Both the position numbers and the translations under genes were made by a program. From the NCBI RefSeq assembly GCF_009914755.1, contig NC_060933.1: a DNA stretch of 64,000 nt; one strand, written 5' to 3'. The notes beneath the pieces were generated by a model that was not told where the DNA came from, searched no databases, and saw nothing but the letters and a program-made list of their open reading frames with translations. Every line of letters starts with the position of its first letter. Positions within the stretch are counted from its first letter, which is position 1. Source of the stretch: the human T2T-CHM13v2.0 reference genome, Homo sapiens. Positions 1 to 15,197 of the stretch are shown piece by piece.

Positions 1-168
1 TTTTTGGTGATGAAGAAATAATGTTTTAAGCTTTTTATGTGCCAACATTACAGTTTGCTATTTTCATACAGGCACTTAATGTGTTTTACTTAGATTTTAG
101 GAAATTGTTGGGAAGTTTTGGGTTCTCTGTAACACATTACAGTTTTTCCCTTTTAAAATACCAAGTGC

Positions 169-277
169 AAGCCAGGCATGGTAGCTCAAGTCTGCAGTCC
201 CAGCCACTTGGGAGGCTGAGGCAGGAGGATCATTTGAGCCCAGGAATTCGAGGCTAGCCTGGGCTAAAAATAAAAAT
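169..277 (+). mobile_element. Alu monomer (FLAM-like)
   Basis: Left-arm sequence plus A tail. Confidence 0.75.
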
Positions 278-279
278 AC

Positions 280-840
280 CAAATGTTGAAGGAACTGGAA
301 CTCTCCTACACTGCTGATGGAGATGTAAAATGGTACAACTCTACAAAAGTTTGTCAGGTTCTTAAAATGTTAAATATCTACTATATGACCCAGCTGTTCC
401 ATTCCCAGAGAAAAATGAGAAATGTACATGACTGTTCATAATACCTTTATTTGTAATAGCCAAGAATGGGAAATAATCCAAATGTCTATCCGTGGGTGAA
501 TGGATAAACAATTTGTGAGATATGCATACAATGGAACATTACTCAGCAATGAAAAGGAAGAATGGACTATTGACACACATGACTTCGGTGAATCTCGGGA
601 TAATTATGCTGAGTGAAAGTAGTCAGACTCCCCCTGCCCAAAGGAAAAGAGTACACACTGATGATTGTGTTTATAGAAATCTCTAGAAAATGCAAACCAT
701 AGTGACAGAAAGGGTTTGGGTGGCACTGCGGGAGGGTGAGATCACAAAGGAACATGGGAAAACTTGAGGGAAACAGATATTCTCACTGTTGACCGTGGTG
801 ATGGTTTCAGGGGTCTATCCATATCAAAACTGTTCTGATG
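280..840 (+). mobile_element. Old L1M 3' UTR fragment
   Basis: ggaactggaactctc...gtaaaatggtacaac...ggataaacaatttgtg motifs. Confidence 0.7.
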
Positions 841-2075
841 TGAAGCAGGAAATGGCTATGTTTGGAAGGTAGAGCTAATGACACCTCACACTGCATTGAC
901 TCACAGGCCTTGGAGATGCTGGGATGAGGCCCTGGGCTGTTACGGTGCATGCTCCCTTAATTCCTAAAGGCATTGAGGTTGGCCTCTACTGAAGCTGAGT
1001 GTAAGTGAAGGCTCCAAAATAATTCCAAGGCCAAGATTCTGGAGATACCTAGATGGGCCCTGGGCTCTGGCGGGAAAAGGGACTAAGAAATCCTTAGTTT
1101 CCAAACACTTTTTGGGGGATTGCCCTTAACCTGTGGGCAGCAGGGAGCAACAAACCACCCACTGGCTACAGGTTCTGCCAACAAAGGGCCGCTAGCAGCC
1201 CCTAATTCCAAGATGTGCAATCCCTACGAGCACCTGGATGAGACCAGAGAGGTCTGGGGCTCCCCAGCCAACCCCAAGATTCTAAAAACATCTGTACCAG
1301 CCCCTACCTTAGTGAGGCTGCTGTAGCCTCACCCTTCCCCAATCTCCCTACAGCCCTTTTGAGCTGCCTTCCCCCCCCATGCTCCTCGGCGACCTGGCTT
1401 CTCAGATCTGCAGAGAATGGGAGGAAGCCAGCGTGATCCCCAGACCTTTTGGAAGAGGCCTCGGCCTGGGCTCCGGAGGACACCTGGCTCTTTCTGAACT
1501 GCGCCCGGGCGGCAGCGGCTGGCAGAGCCTGAGATGCGCGCAAACGGCCACCGGGGGCGCCAGGTATCTGCCCACTCGCAGGGTACCTCTCTCCTGCAGG
1601 TGAGACGAGCCAGAGCAGGGCGTTGGAGAGGCCCTGAGAGCCGGCCAAGGCATTCTCTAGGGCTCCTCTGGACACCGGGGCGTATCTGAAGGGACCAATC
1701 CACGATCCCCGCACCCAGTGGCCACCTCCCTCATCTCTAAGTTCTGAGGGGGAAAGGAAAGGGAGAGGAAAGGAGGCAAGGAGGGCGAGAAACTGAGTCA
1801 TAAGACTTTGGGAGACTCCTTCCAAGGTGTCCAAACCTTTGTTGGACTGCCCCGGGTACCCCCTCTACAGAGCACTGTATCTGGACTCCAGTCCTAGGGA
1901 TTCTAGTTACCATCCTTAACTGTTTTTCATCTTTGGCTGCAGTTTCAAATAACTGCTTTGAAAAGTCCTCATGCCCAGAACATTGGGAACTTACCCTCAT
2001 TTTTCACTGGTCAAAGCAAGTCACAGAGCAACGTGAGCTTTCAGTGTGCCTAGGAGGACCATGAGTCTTTGGTGG

Positions 2076-2482
2076 TGTTACAAGAAATACTTGGGACCGT
2101 AACGTCCCCCCTACCCCCCAAACTGAGAAGGAGCTGAGAGACCAGAGAATGACTGTGCCAAGTCCACCTAGAGGAGTAGATGAGTTTATTAGGACTTACA
2201 TACAGGACACTCCTGGACCGTGGCAGGACAGCTCTAGAGATCTGCACAGCATCCAGTCTCTAAACTGCTTTTAAGCGAATTTTCTGGCTCTTTGCTTACT
2301 GTGTTTGAGTGATGAGGTTGTTTCTCTTGGTAGGTTCTCAGATACTCTCCAGGATGTTTGGGTTCTCAGGGCCACCTGCTCCTCCGCTGGGCACCATGGC
2401 CTCGGCTCACCTACCAGCCTTCAGGGTTCAGGCATTGGACGTACAATCTTAAGTAACCTGATGGGGAAACCCTCACGCTGCA
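2076..2482 (-). mobile_element. ERV solo LTR (LTR47-like)
   Basis: TG...CA ends, AATAAA on the minus strand, TSD ggtgg/ggtag; subfamily from memory. Confidence 0.75.
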
Positions 2483-3776
2483 GGTAGACAGCACAATAAC
2501 CACAGTCCAGGAGAAATAGGACACGGGAAAAAAAGTTACCAAAGATAATGGCCTGGCAGTTTTACAGATACATTCTCTGTAATTTGAATCATAATCTATA
2601 AAATAGCTCATCCCAAAGCCATTTGAATTATTTTCAGATGGAATGTTCTCATATATTTTATGAATTAAGCATTATCATAAAAATGTGTATGAATTATATA
2701 GAAATATACCATGGTGAGTCTCACAATTATGAAACTAGATATAAAAATTACAATTATGAGCAAACTGAAAAAATGTATTAATGGAATAATAATAGCAAGC
2801 TCATTAAATAGTGCTTACTATGTGTCAGGCACTATTCCAAGTGCTTTGCAATATTTAATCTCTGCACAATCCATTAGGTATTATTTTTATTCCCATTTTA
2901 CAGATGTGAAAGAAATAGATGGATCTTTATTATACTCCTTGCTTTAGAGCTAAGATGAAAAAGTACAGTGAAGATGCATGGAGAGCAGCAACTCAATGGT
3001 GGGGAGATATCTTTTCCTGGCTTTAAAGAATGTGAAGATGCAGGCATAGCTGTCAGTTTGGGGAAGAGGTATAGCAATATGTGTTTCATACAAGATGACC
3101 ACTAACGTGGTTATCCCCTTGTTCTTGTTGAGCAAAGTCTCATATCTTTATCTGCTGCAAGAGCCTGTGAATTGATTGGGAAACTGATTTGAGGGAATGG
3201 AAATGAGTAACATGTAGGTAAAGACTCCTCACATGCTCAGTCCTTTTCTTCTGAACCTTGCAAATCTACTCTTTCATTTCTATCTGCATAGAGATCTCTG
3301 ATGCCCTTCACCCTTGCTACCCCACCCTGACTGAACTCAGAAGACTGAGTCATATTCCAGAAACACCCATTTCCCTTTATCTGGCCAGTTATGTGTCTAC
3401 CATTTCATTAGCATCTTGAATCCCAACTTTTATCAAGACCCCCTGGGAGGCGGGACAGAATGGAGAATGAGGTATGTAGCATTGTGGCCAGGGTTGTAGA
3501 AGGTAGGGAAGCAGGGTCATGGCCCCCAGTTCTTCTCTTGGAGGCCGATTGCTAGGCCTGCTCTTGTATGTGTAGGGGATAACTGGGCCCCTGCCCCAAG
3601 AGCCCAGTGTTTTATGAAGCCACCTTCTTGGAGTTCTCTCCATGCCACCAGTGGACAAAATCTGAAAGGGCCCACATTCAGTGTGAACTGAGACACCCTC
3701 CTGAAGATATTAGGACAAGAAAAGGAGAAAGAGAATGGATTTTCTACTCTTGCCTATGCACGTCATGGAAGCCCAC

Positions 3777-4076
3777 TTTTTTTTTTTTTTTTTTTTTTGA
3801 GACAGAGTCTCTCTCTGTTGCCCAGGCTGGCGTGCAGTGGCATGACCATAGTTCACTGCAACCTCTGCCTCTGGGTTCAAGTGATTCTCCTGCTTCAGCC
3901 TCCCGAGTAGCTTGGACTACAGGCACATACCACGCTTGGCTAATTTTTGTATTTTTAGTAGAGACGGGGTTTTACCACATTGGCCAGGTTGGTATTGAAC
4001 ACCTGACCCCAGGTGATCTGCCAACCTCGGCCTCCCAAAGTGCTGGGATTACAGACATGGGCCACCATACCCGGCC
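3777..4076 (-). mobile_element. AluS
   Basis: Full dimer; TSD ggaagcccactt. Confidence 0.93.
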
Positions 4077-5106
4077 GGAAGCCCACTTATTAAAGCAACA
4101 AATACTGAGTGCCTGTGTCACGCTTGGTATTGTTTCCAGTGCTGATACCACAGTGAACAAATAAAACTCTTGACTTTGTTGCACTTAGAGGGAGTGGGTA
4201 CAGGCAACAAACAAGTATGAGGGGCCAGTCAAGGAGACTGGGGAAAGAGTACTCCTTTATTCTTGGGGTTTTGGGGGCTACCCTCTTTGAGGTGACCCCT
4301 AGGGGCCAGAAGGTTATGAGGGAGTGCATCGTGCAGACATCTGGGGGATGAGTATTTCTGACAAAGGGAACTGCAAGGAGAAGAGTGTAGAGGTGGAATT
4401 GTTCTTGGGTTTTTGAGGAAAACTGTGTGCAGTGCTAATGCAGGTTTAACAGGAACATGGGAAAATGAAGGTAGTTGTGTTAGGCTGTGGGAATCCAGGC
4501 AGCTGGGTAATGGCTCTTGGTACTGCTGACCAGGTCGGATGTGCAGCACCAGGCTTTCCAATCAACCCGACACTCCACTTCTCTCTTCACCAAGTGGTTA
4601 TGCAGTAATTATCTCTTGTTCTAATAACCAAAAACAGAGCCATCATAAACATTTTGAAACCAGTGGAACAATATTCCTGAAATACTGATTTTCAAGAACA
4701 ACAGCTAGTATTATGATGGGCCTGTTTCCAGGAACAGACAGTTTCAATGAAAGTTCTGTCTTGGGATAAGAGCACTGAATGACAAAGTCCTCTATGCCAA
4801 GAATAGAAACTTGGAGTCTTCATTGTTGTCCTTGAATTCCTGAAATAACCTCAGAATGTCCTGATTTGATATTTACTCTGGAAGTGTATTTGACATTTAT
4901 CTAATTTTCTTCCATTTGGGCTTAAATTATTCATAATGTTTAAAGAGGAGCAGTAACAGGACTACTTCAAAATAGCTCCTTAACCACACAGTTGTATAAT
5001 TTCATGCCCATTTTATTAAAGGCATTCTAAGTGGTTCATTTTGACAAACGTGTTTATTTGGGGGGAAATGCAGCACAAAACAACTACAGTAAATAACGGT
5101 TGGAAT

Positions 5107-5411
<305 letters not shown>

Positions 5412-5438
5412 TAACTGTTGGAGTAAAGGCTGATAGAA

Positions 5439-5786
5439 AGGGGGATCAGCAACAATTTTCTCCAAAGGGCTAGATAGAAAATATTTTAGGCTTTGAAGGC
5501 CAAGAGGCAATCAAGGGTATTATGTAGGTATTTATGTAACAACAGCAAAACACATTTCTACTTTTTTTTGGTGAAACTCAAAATATAATATTGCATACAA
5601 TGATTTTGAAATACAGGTCTTTTAATGAGAATAAGGGAATTCTTTTTTGGCATAAGTTTGCTTAATTGAAGCTGAAAGTTAGTGTTTCTAGTATCACATC
5701 AATTGCAAATGTTCTTGGCCCATGGGCTATATGAAAACAGGCAGTGGGCTGGATTTGGCCTATGCGCCATAATTTTCTAACCCCTG
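5439..5786 (+). mobile_element. MER58B-like hAT-Charlie DNA transposon
   Basis: aaagggctagatagaaaatattttaggcttt...ggatttggcc...aacccctg. Confidence 0.75.
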
Positions 5787-5809
5787 GGATAGAAAATATG
5801 GTTTCAGTG

Positions 5810-7440
<1,631 letters not shown>

Positions 7441-7471
7441 GTAGAAGCCCTGAGCGGCAAATAGAAGCTTT

Positions 7472-8008
7472 CAGTCTGCTAAGAGTGATAGCCTCCAGCT
7501 CCATCCATGTCCCTGCAAAGAACATGATTTAATTCTTTTTTATGGCTGCATAGTATTCCTTGGTGTATATGTACCACATTTTCTTTATCCAGTCTATCAT
7601 TGACGGGCATTTATGTTGACTCCATGTCTTTGCTACTGTGAAAAGTGCTGCAATGAACATACATGTGCGTATCTTTATAATAGAACCATTTATATTCCTT
7701 TGGGTATATACCTAGTAATGGGATTGCTGGGTCGAACGGTATTTCTCTTTAGGTCTTTGAGGAATCACCATAAGTGGGAGCTGAATGATGAGAACACATT
7801 GACACATAGAGGGGAGCATCACACACTAGAGCCTATCAGAGGGTGGAGGGTGGGAGGAGGGAGAGGACCAGGAAAAATAACTAAGGGGTACTAGGCTTAA
7901 TACCTGGGTGATAAAATCTGTACAACAAACCCCCATGACACAAGTTTACCTATGTAACAAATCTGCACATGTACCCCTGAACTTAAAAGTTTAAAAACAT
8001 TTAAAAAA
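7472..8008. mobile_element. 5'-inverted (twin-primed) L1PA 3' fragment
   Basis: 7472-7770 is antisense L1, 7769-8008 is sense L1 3' UTR with A tail; TSD AGAAGCTTT at 7463-7471 and 8009-8017. Confidence 0.9.
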
Positions 8009-8346
8009 AGAAGCTTTAATTCTATGATCTTATTTATTTTCCCTTTGTCCCATCAGTTGCTTCCTTTTTTCTCTTTTTCTGCCCTCTTTTGGACTGAATA
8101 TGTTATAATTCCATTTTATTTCCTTTGTTGGTTTATTAGCTATAACTCTGTTTTGTCATTTTAATGGTCGCTTTAGGGTTTATAGTAAACATCTATACCT
8201 TATGGCAGTCTACCTTCCACAAATGATATTATTATGCTACTTCATGTATAATACAAGAATCTTAGAGCAGTATACTTTCCTTTCTCAGCCTTTTTGCTAT
8301 TTTTGTCACGCATTTTACGACTATATATGTTAAAACTGCATATTAC

Positions 8347-8650
8347 TGCTGAGTGTGGTGGCTCATGCCTATAATCCTGGCACTTTGGGAGGCTGAGGCA
8401 GGTGGATTGCTTGAGCCCAGGAGTTTGAGATCAGCCAGAGAAATATGGCGAGATCCCATCTGTACTAAAAAAATTTTAAAAATAAATCTGATGTGCATGG
8501 TGGCTCATGCCTGTAGTCCCAGCTACTCAAGAGCTTGAGGTGGGAGGGTCATCTGAGCCCTGGATTGGAGACCGTAGTGAGCCTTGATTGTGCACCACTG
8601 CACTCCAGCCTGGGCAATGAGAGTAAGACTCTGTCTCAAAAAAAGAAAAA
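8347..8650 (+). mobile_element. AluJ
   Basis: Dimer; TSD aaaactgcatattact. Confidence 0.9.
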
Positions 8651-10199
8651 CTGCATATTACTTTATTATTATGTTGTTTAAATAGTTATCTTTTTCAAAA
8701 ATTTTAAGAAAAATATAAACACACTCATGTTACCATTTCTGATGTTCTTCATTGCTTTATGTCCTACTTTCATCCGGTGACATTTTTCTTCTTCCTGAAG
8801 GGCTTCCTGTAATATTTCTTGTAGTAGTGTATGTTTCATCTCATGCATTGTAGTTTTCATCTATAGAAGTTCAGTTAAAATGACTATTTTAGTGTCTTTG
8901 TTGAGCCTAACATCCATGTAAGTTCTGGGTCAGTTTCAATTGACTTATATTTTTCTCCTCATTGTGAATCATATTTCTCTGCTGCTTTATGTACTAGGTA
9001 GTTTTTTTAAGTTGAATGCTAGATAGTGTGATTGGATCATCTATTTCTATAACTATTTTTGAGCCTTGTTCTGGAGCACAGTTGAATTACTTGAAAACAG
9101 TTTATCTTTTTTGATATTGCTTTTTAATATTTGTTAGTTGGGATAAGAAGAGCACTGAATTGAGGGCTAATTATTCTTTACCCTGAAGCAAGAAATTTCT
9201 GAGTACTCTACCCAATGCCCTGTGAATTACGAGGTTTTCCATATTTTTCCCCTAATGTATATAAAAACTAAACCCTATTTTCTAGACTTGAATGGATCTG
9301 TAATGTAATCGTCTTTTTCCTTTTTTTAGAATATAAAAAGAGAAATGTTACTTTCTAGAAAATAATGGGGAGATACCGGAATCAAAAGAGAGACAAAAAT
9401 ACCCAATGCATAAGTACACAGAGGTTGGGTTGGAGGGTGGAGGAGGCCTAGCATGGGGCAGGGGCTGAAGGACTCCTAAGGAGACCTACAGTAGGCAGAG
9501 GTGTCCAGGTATCAAGAATTCAGATATCACAGCCTGGAAAGCTGTGATATCTAATTATATGTTAGCAAAACATTTGGTCAAATGGTTGCTTGTTGTACCT
9601 TGGAAGACAGACCTTGTGCTGACGAAGGCTGCAGAGCTAGGGGAATAGACAGGAATGATTTAGGGTATTGGCATATTGGTATTGTGTTGGCAACTGCTTG
9701 CTGCTTTCGACAAAACTTATAAGCAAGAGAGACTTGGAGTTAGCCCAGCTTCAAGTAGGGAGGGCATTACTAAAGGAGGCCTTCTCTGCCTGCAGCCTCC
9801 CTCTAAGTTGATTGAGGGTTGCTACTTCTATACCCCACAGCAAAGCAGTTTAATGACTGTGAAGTAAAAATCTACGCTTAACCAAGAAAGGTTGTGAGCC
9901 TGCTGGCGCAAAAAAAAAAAAAAAAGGGCTTAAGGATCCACCTCACCCAGATCCATTCTTTTAAGTGGTCTCAAAGTAGCCCCCATTAAATTAAGAGAAG
10001 GGGATGAGATAGGCAGAACATAGAAGTCAATCTAGGAAATACCAGAGTTTCTAGGCTTAAATCTATGTCTAGATAAGATTTGGGGGGTGTGGTTACCTGA
10101 ACATGGAAAAGTCGAGAGGCAAATATAGCAGAAGTCTACTAAATTTTTGAGAAATTTGTATTGCCAAAAGAAATTTAGCCTTGGCCTATAGCAAAAGCA

Positions 10200-10512
10200 T
10201 GATGGAGTCTCACCCTGTTACCTGGGCTGGAACGCAGCGGCGTGATTGCAGTTCACTGCAGCCTCAGACTCCTAGGCTCAAGGGATCCTTTTGCCTCAGC
10301 CTCTCAGGTAGCTGGGACTACAGGCATGCAACTGCCACCATACCCAGTTAATCTTTTCTTTTTTTGAGACAGGGTCTTTCTATGTTGCCCAGGCTGGAGG
10401 GCAGTGGCACAATCACAGCTCACTGCAGCCTCAAACTCTTGGCCTCAAGCAATCCTCCTGCCTCAGCCTTCCAAAGCACTGGGATTACAGGTGTGAGCCA
10501 CCATGCCTAGCT
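10200..10512 (-). mobile_element. AluJ/FRAM-type tandem monomers
   Basis: Two right-arm-like monomers in tandem. Confidence 0.8.
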
Positions 10513-11900
10513 GCATGTAATTCCATACTCCTCAAAATAATCTATCCAAACCTGCACAAGCAGGAAATGGGTAGCGATCATGAAGGATAAGGGACAAGAA
10601 AGAAACTTCCAGAGTCAGGGGCCACAGAATCCTGTGGACATAAGACCATGCTTCCACCAGTCTCTTTTCCTTTACCACATGCAACTCAGCTTTAACCATG
10701 CAAATAAGGACAATGTCCTAGGGGATAGTACAAACAAAGAACTGGGTTCCTGAATGACTACAAGGAACAGAGTTGCCAGCCAACTTGGATCATTTATGTT
10801 AGATTGTTCATAGAAGACAGAAATTAATTCTATCTTCATTAAATTGTATGAATTATGATTGAGTCTCTTTTATAGCAGCCTAGTTTAGCAGGTTAAACTA
10901 ATGAAATGTTTAAAACCGATATATTTATCCTTTCCCACTAAACCTACTCCTCCAGCAGATTGCAGTAAATGGCAATTCCATCCTCCTAATTTCTTAGTCC
11001 AAAGTTCTTGGAGGCCTCCTGTTCTAGTCCCTACCAGGTGCACAGTATCAAACCAGGCCTTGCATTTGTGATTTAGCTTGGTGCTTCCCAGAATTCTAGG
11101 CTGCAGATGCATGGAATGGGCATGGGCTCTTGTCCTAAAAGTGTTAATATCCTTCAACCAAAGATCCCCAGGAACATACATGTAGTTGAACAAATTGGGT
11201 TGACTGTTGCAGCTAGGAAGAACACGCACCATTGGGAACCCATGTGTGTCTCCGTAAGAGAGTGGTAGAAAAAAAGCTATAGGATTTGGAAAAAACCTAC
11301 TAAGAAAGCTCCAGATTTGGTGCTGTCAGAAAAGGGGAAAATTTAACGATTGGATTCTCAAAAAATATTATCAATAGGGAGGAGAGACAAGCATGAGGAT
11401 AAAGCTGTAATTGGTAAAGAAATAGCTGCCACTCATTTTAGCTAAGAGAGGCATATTTGTGGATTGCACAATGATCTTGTTTTTATGATTGATTGCAGAG
11501 TGACTTTGTTTAATGTTGATGTTTGATGAGACTGTGTATGTCTAACAGAACAATCTGGCTTAGCTGTGAGCAGCAGCCCAGCTTGTGAGCTTGTGATAGC
11601 ACTGAAGCCCAGCTGTGAGAGTCCAGGATTGCTTTTTTTCTTTCTCAAATGGGTGATGGTGCCTTATCACAGGCAGCCAGCCTCTCTCTGAGACTCCAGG
11701 TGAGGGAGAGGAGCTGTCTCAAATTCATTCTGCTCCTCAGAGGTGTGCATCTTCAGCCTGCATCCCTGTCTGGCCATTGTGACACTTGTTCCTGGCACTA
11801 CATTGACTCAAGGTGCTTCTGAACTGTTCTAAGAACCCAGAAAATGATGCTGCTCTGGTCCATTTACCCTCATCATTCCCATCTGTTTTTTCTTTTTTTA

Positions 11901-12273
<373 letters not shown>

Positions 12274-13459
12274 CTATTTTCCATTGGCTATTAATATTTC
12301 ATGCCTCACTTGCACAAAATGTTTGGAGTTGAAGGGGTAGGTTTCAGTGTGAGCTCAAGCTGCTGTCTTGACTTGGAAACAGCAGAGGGCCTTTTTGTGC
12401 CTCCCTCTGGGCTGTAGTTTCCTAACACGTGGCACTACCCAGCCATCTCTCATCATCAAAGTGGTCCTCAATTGTTATGGTTATTAATTTTCTAAGTGTT
12501 CTCAAGGCTTTGCCAGGTCATGCACTTCTGGGCATCAGCTGTTCTCTCCCTTACATGCCAACAGTAAAAAATGAGAGATTTCAGTGTAACTGGTTGTCTT
12601 TCTACATAATCTTTTGCCATATTTCAGCTAACCAGACAAAGCATTTGATCCAGGAGTAATAATCTGAATCTAATTTAGTCTTCTGATCTGGGAGAAAAGC
12701 AAGATACAGGGATCTTCAGCTGCCTAGAAAACCTTCTCTCATTAACCTTTATGCCCATAAGGACTAAGCCATTCTTCTTGCAGGACCCATCTTGCTCCGC
12801 CCTAACACCCATGGGTAACTTTTACATTTTTAAAAATCTGCTGTTGGTGGGAAAGGGTTATTAGTGGTGAAGGATCTTTCACATCCCTTTGCCCAAGCCT
12901 GTTAGCTTTCAAAAGAAGAAGTTAATAACATTCCCCATCAGTGCCTCCTGACAAAACCAAGTACAGGTTGCTGAAGACAGGTATTGTTTGCATTTAATGA
13001 AATCTCACTTACTGTGTTCACAGTAGATAACTGTGGTGATTGAAGGGGGTTTTTCAAGAGTGTGAAAGGACACTGAACCCATCTTATAGGATGGATGGTA
13101 TAGAGAAGCTAGTATCTAGAGGCATCTCTGTCAAGCTGGTATCAGCCTCAGCAGCATCTATCTGTCAGTGTCCCCAATTGAAAAGCGAATTCTAGGATGC
13201 AGAAATCATGGGGCAAGTCTTATATTCTTATATTATTTATAACGTTCTTATCAGATCACTAAGAAATTGGCAAATCAAGGGGCAAGCAGCACTCATGGGG
13301 ACTTGGGATAACCAACAGGGAATTACTGCAGAGGAAGGAGAATCCTGAAGCTCAGAGAAGATTCTGAGATACTAGAGGAGGATTATGGGTTCAGGGGCAA
13401 GGAAGCCCCTTCATTCACTCACTGTCAGCCTCACATCCTCACAGATACAAAGACAAATT

Positions 13460-13782
13460 ACATGACTGCAAGGTTAATGATTTATTGATCATGTAGAGTC
13501 AGGTGTTATTCATGTAGAGTTCCCCTGGCTGTGACAAAGACAGTCAGAAATTCAAAGAAAACCTTTGATTCTTGGTGAATTTCTGAGTCTTCTTAGGCAG
13601 TTAGGGAAGATCCTAAAGATGCAGGGATGACGTCTTCATGTGTGATATGATGGAAATCAGGTCACAGAACTTGTCATAAGAGGACATGGGGATCAGGAAG
13701 GGAAGATACTGGAGTCCAGGTGAGGAAACATTCACTCAGCACTCAGCATTCACTCATTCACTCATCACTCATTCACTCAGCA
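13460..13782 (-). pseudogene. MUPP: MUPP exon 7 (3' UTR)
   Basis: Pyrimidine tract plus ttaattag|TGCTGAGTGA. Blocks resemble the rodent Mup 3' UTR as I recall it (ctcacctggactcca, caagaatcaaag, caataaatcattaaccttgca). Confidence 0.8.
13481..13486 (-). terminator. MUPP polyadenylation signal AATAAA
   Basis: tttatt on the + strand at the end of exon 7. Confidence 0.8.
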
Positions 13783-14518
13783 CTAATTAAGCAGAGAAGA
13801 GAGAGAACACAGGAACTTATTAAACATTCCTTGCATTGCATGAATGATGAAGAGAAATTCTATTACAGAGAAAAATGATGAAGAAATATTTCTGACCCTG
13901 TATTCTAACTTATGTTATATACCAGAAAAGGGGGAGGGAGGATGTTGAGTAAATGACTTTTGCTTTTTTGCTATTGCTAATGCCATCTTAACCTTCTCTC
14001 AGCTGAATACATGAAAAAGAGAAAGGAAGTAATAAAGGGTCCCAGGTTTGTTTCTGCCATCTTCAACATCAGAAGTTTTGAAGAATTTTTGATAAATTGA
14101 GGAATAATGGCAAAATCTGTAGATATCTCTTATTAAATACTTGCTTTATGCAAGCTGCTAAGACTTTCACATACATTATCTGAAAGCCCCACGATAAATC
14201 TAAGGTAGTTGAGAAAACTCAAGATCTATTTTCCAGGTTTGTGGAAAATGGGAAGACAGTTCCATTCCCAGGTTAGACGTCAAGGACATACAGAGTACAG
14301 AAGAAGAAATGTGGATTATAAGTTGGAGGGTGAGATGGCCTCCTGGGAGTTGGCCCACAAACACAGAAACATATTTGAGTTTCATACAACCTACTACTTT
14401 TTCCATTTCGAACGTGAAATCCTAGTGATTTTTAGCACATCATCAATTACTGGGCCCTTTTCGCAAGCATTATATCTACAAAGCAACTCTGTAAACTAGG
14501 CATCATTGTTTCCTCTTC

Positions 14519-14657
14519 TTTTTTTTTTCTCCCTTTCATGGAGAATGGTATCTCATTATGTTGCCCAGGCTGGTCTTGGGCTCCTGGGCTCAAGCGATCC
14601 TCCTGCCACTGCCTCCCTAAGTGCTGGGATTACAGGTGTGAGCCACTGTACCTGGCC
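14519..14657 (-). mobile_element. FLAM Alu monomer in MUPP intron 6
   Basis: Left-arm monomer with T tract. Confidence 0.85.
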
Positions 14658-14871
14658 CATTGTCTCCTTTTTAAGTCTTAGGTTATTTGCTCAAAGCTTA
14701 TGGGAGAATTGGGTCCTCTATCCAGGTCTTCCAACTCCAGATTTCAAGATTTTCCCACAAGCTTTCCTACCAAATTATTTTTATGGTATCTTTGGGCGCA
14801 AACCCCTAATGCTTTTGGAAGGCACTGGTCCCTGGGCCACCCTCTCTCCACCGGAGTCAGAGATCACCAAC

Positions 14872-14917
14872 CCGGAGTCCTAGGCTGCTCCCTCATCTCG
14901 GGCCTGGAGACAGCGAT
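14872..14917 (-). pseudogene. MUPP: MUPP exon 6 (46 nt), stop TAG at 14880-14882
   Basis: ccctcgacag|AT CGC TGT CTC CAG GCC CGA GAT GAG GGA GCA GCC TAG; donor CGG|GTTGGT. Confidence 0.9.
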
Positions 14918-15095
14918 CTGTCGAGGGAGAAGAGAACAAATTCAGACACCAACCCCAGTTTATTTTTCAGAGAGAAACCAGATGATTCTCCAAGTTAGCA
15001 CAAAGGGGACTGATTTGGAGGGTATTACTTCCCCTGGATTGCTCCCTTCTGTAACATGGGAATTTAGGAAGAGAACACCAGAAACCCCGACTTAC

Positions 15096-15197
15096 CAACT
15101 TTGGTCAAGTCAAATATGTTTTCCTTATCAATCCCATGTTCTTCACAATATTTCACAAACCTCTCCTTGAGTTGTGAGCTCACATCCGGTGTTCGAA
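15096..15197 (-). pseudogene. MUPP: MUPP exon 5 (102 nt)
   Basis: cccacag|TT CGA ACA; RTPDVSSQLKERFVKYCEEHGIDKENIFDLTKV; donor GTTG|GTAAGT. Confidence 0.95.

Noticed and set aside
1304-1834. 176-aa ORF and overlapping ORFs in the GC-rich patch
   Set aside because: No ATG start for the long ORF, no recognisable domain; expected by chance in GC-rich DNA
3607-4164. 185-aa ORF and similar ORFs at 16098, 33680 and 39520
   Set aside because: Translations of antisense Alu sequence
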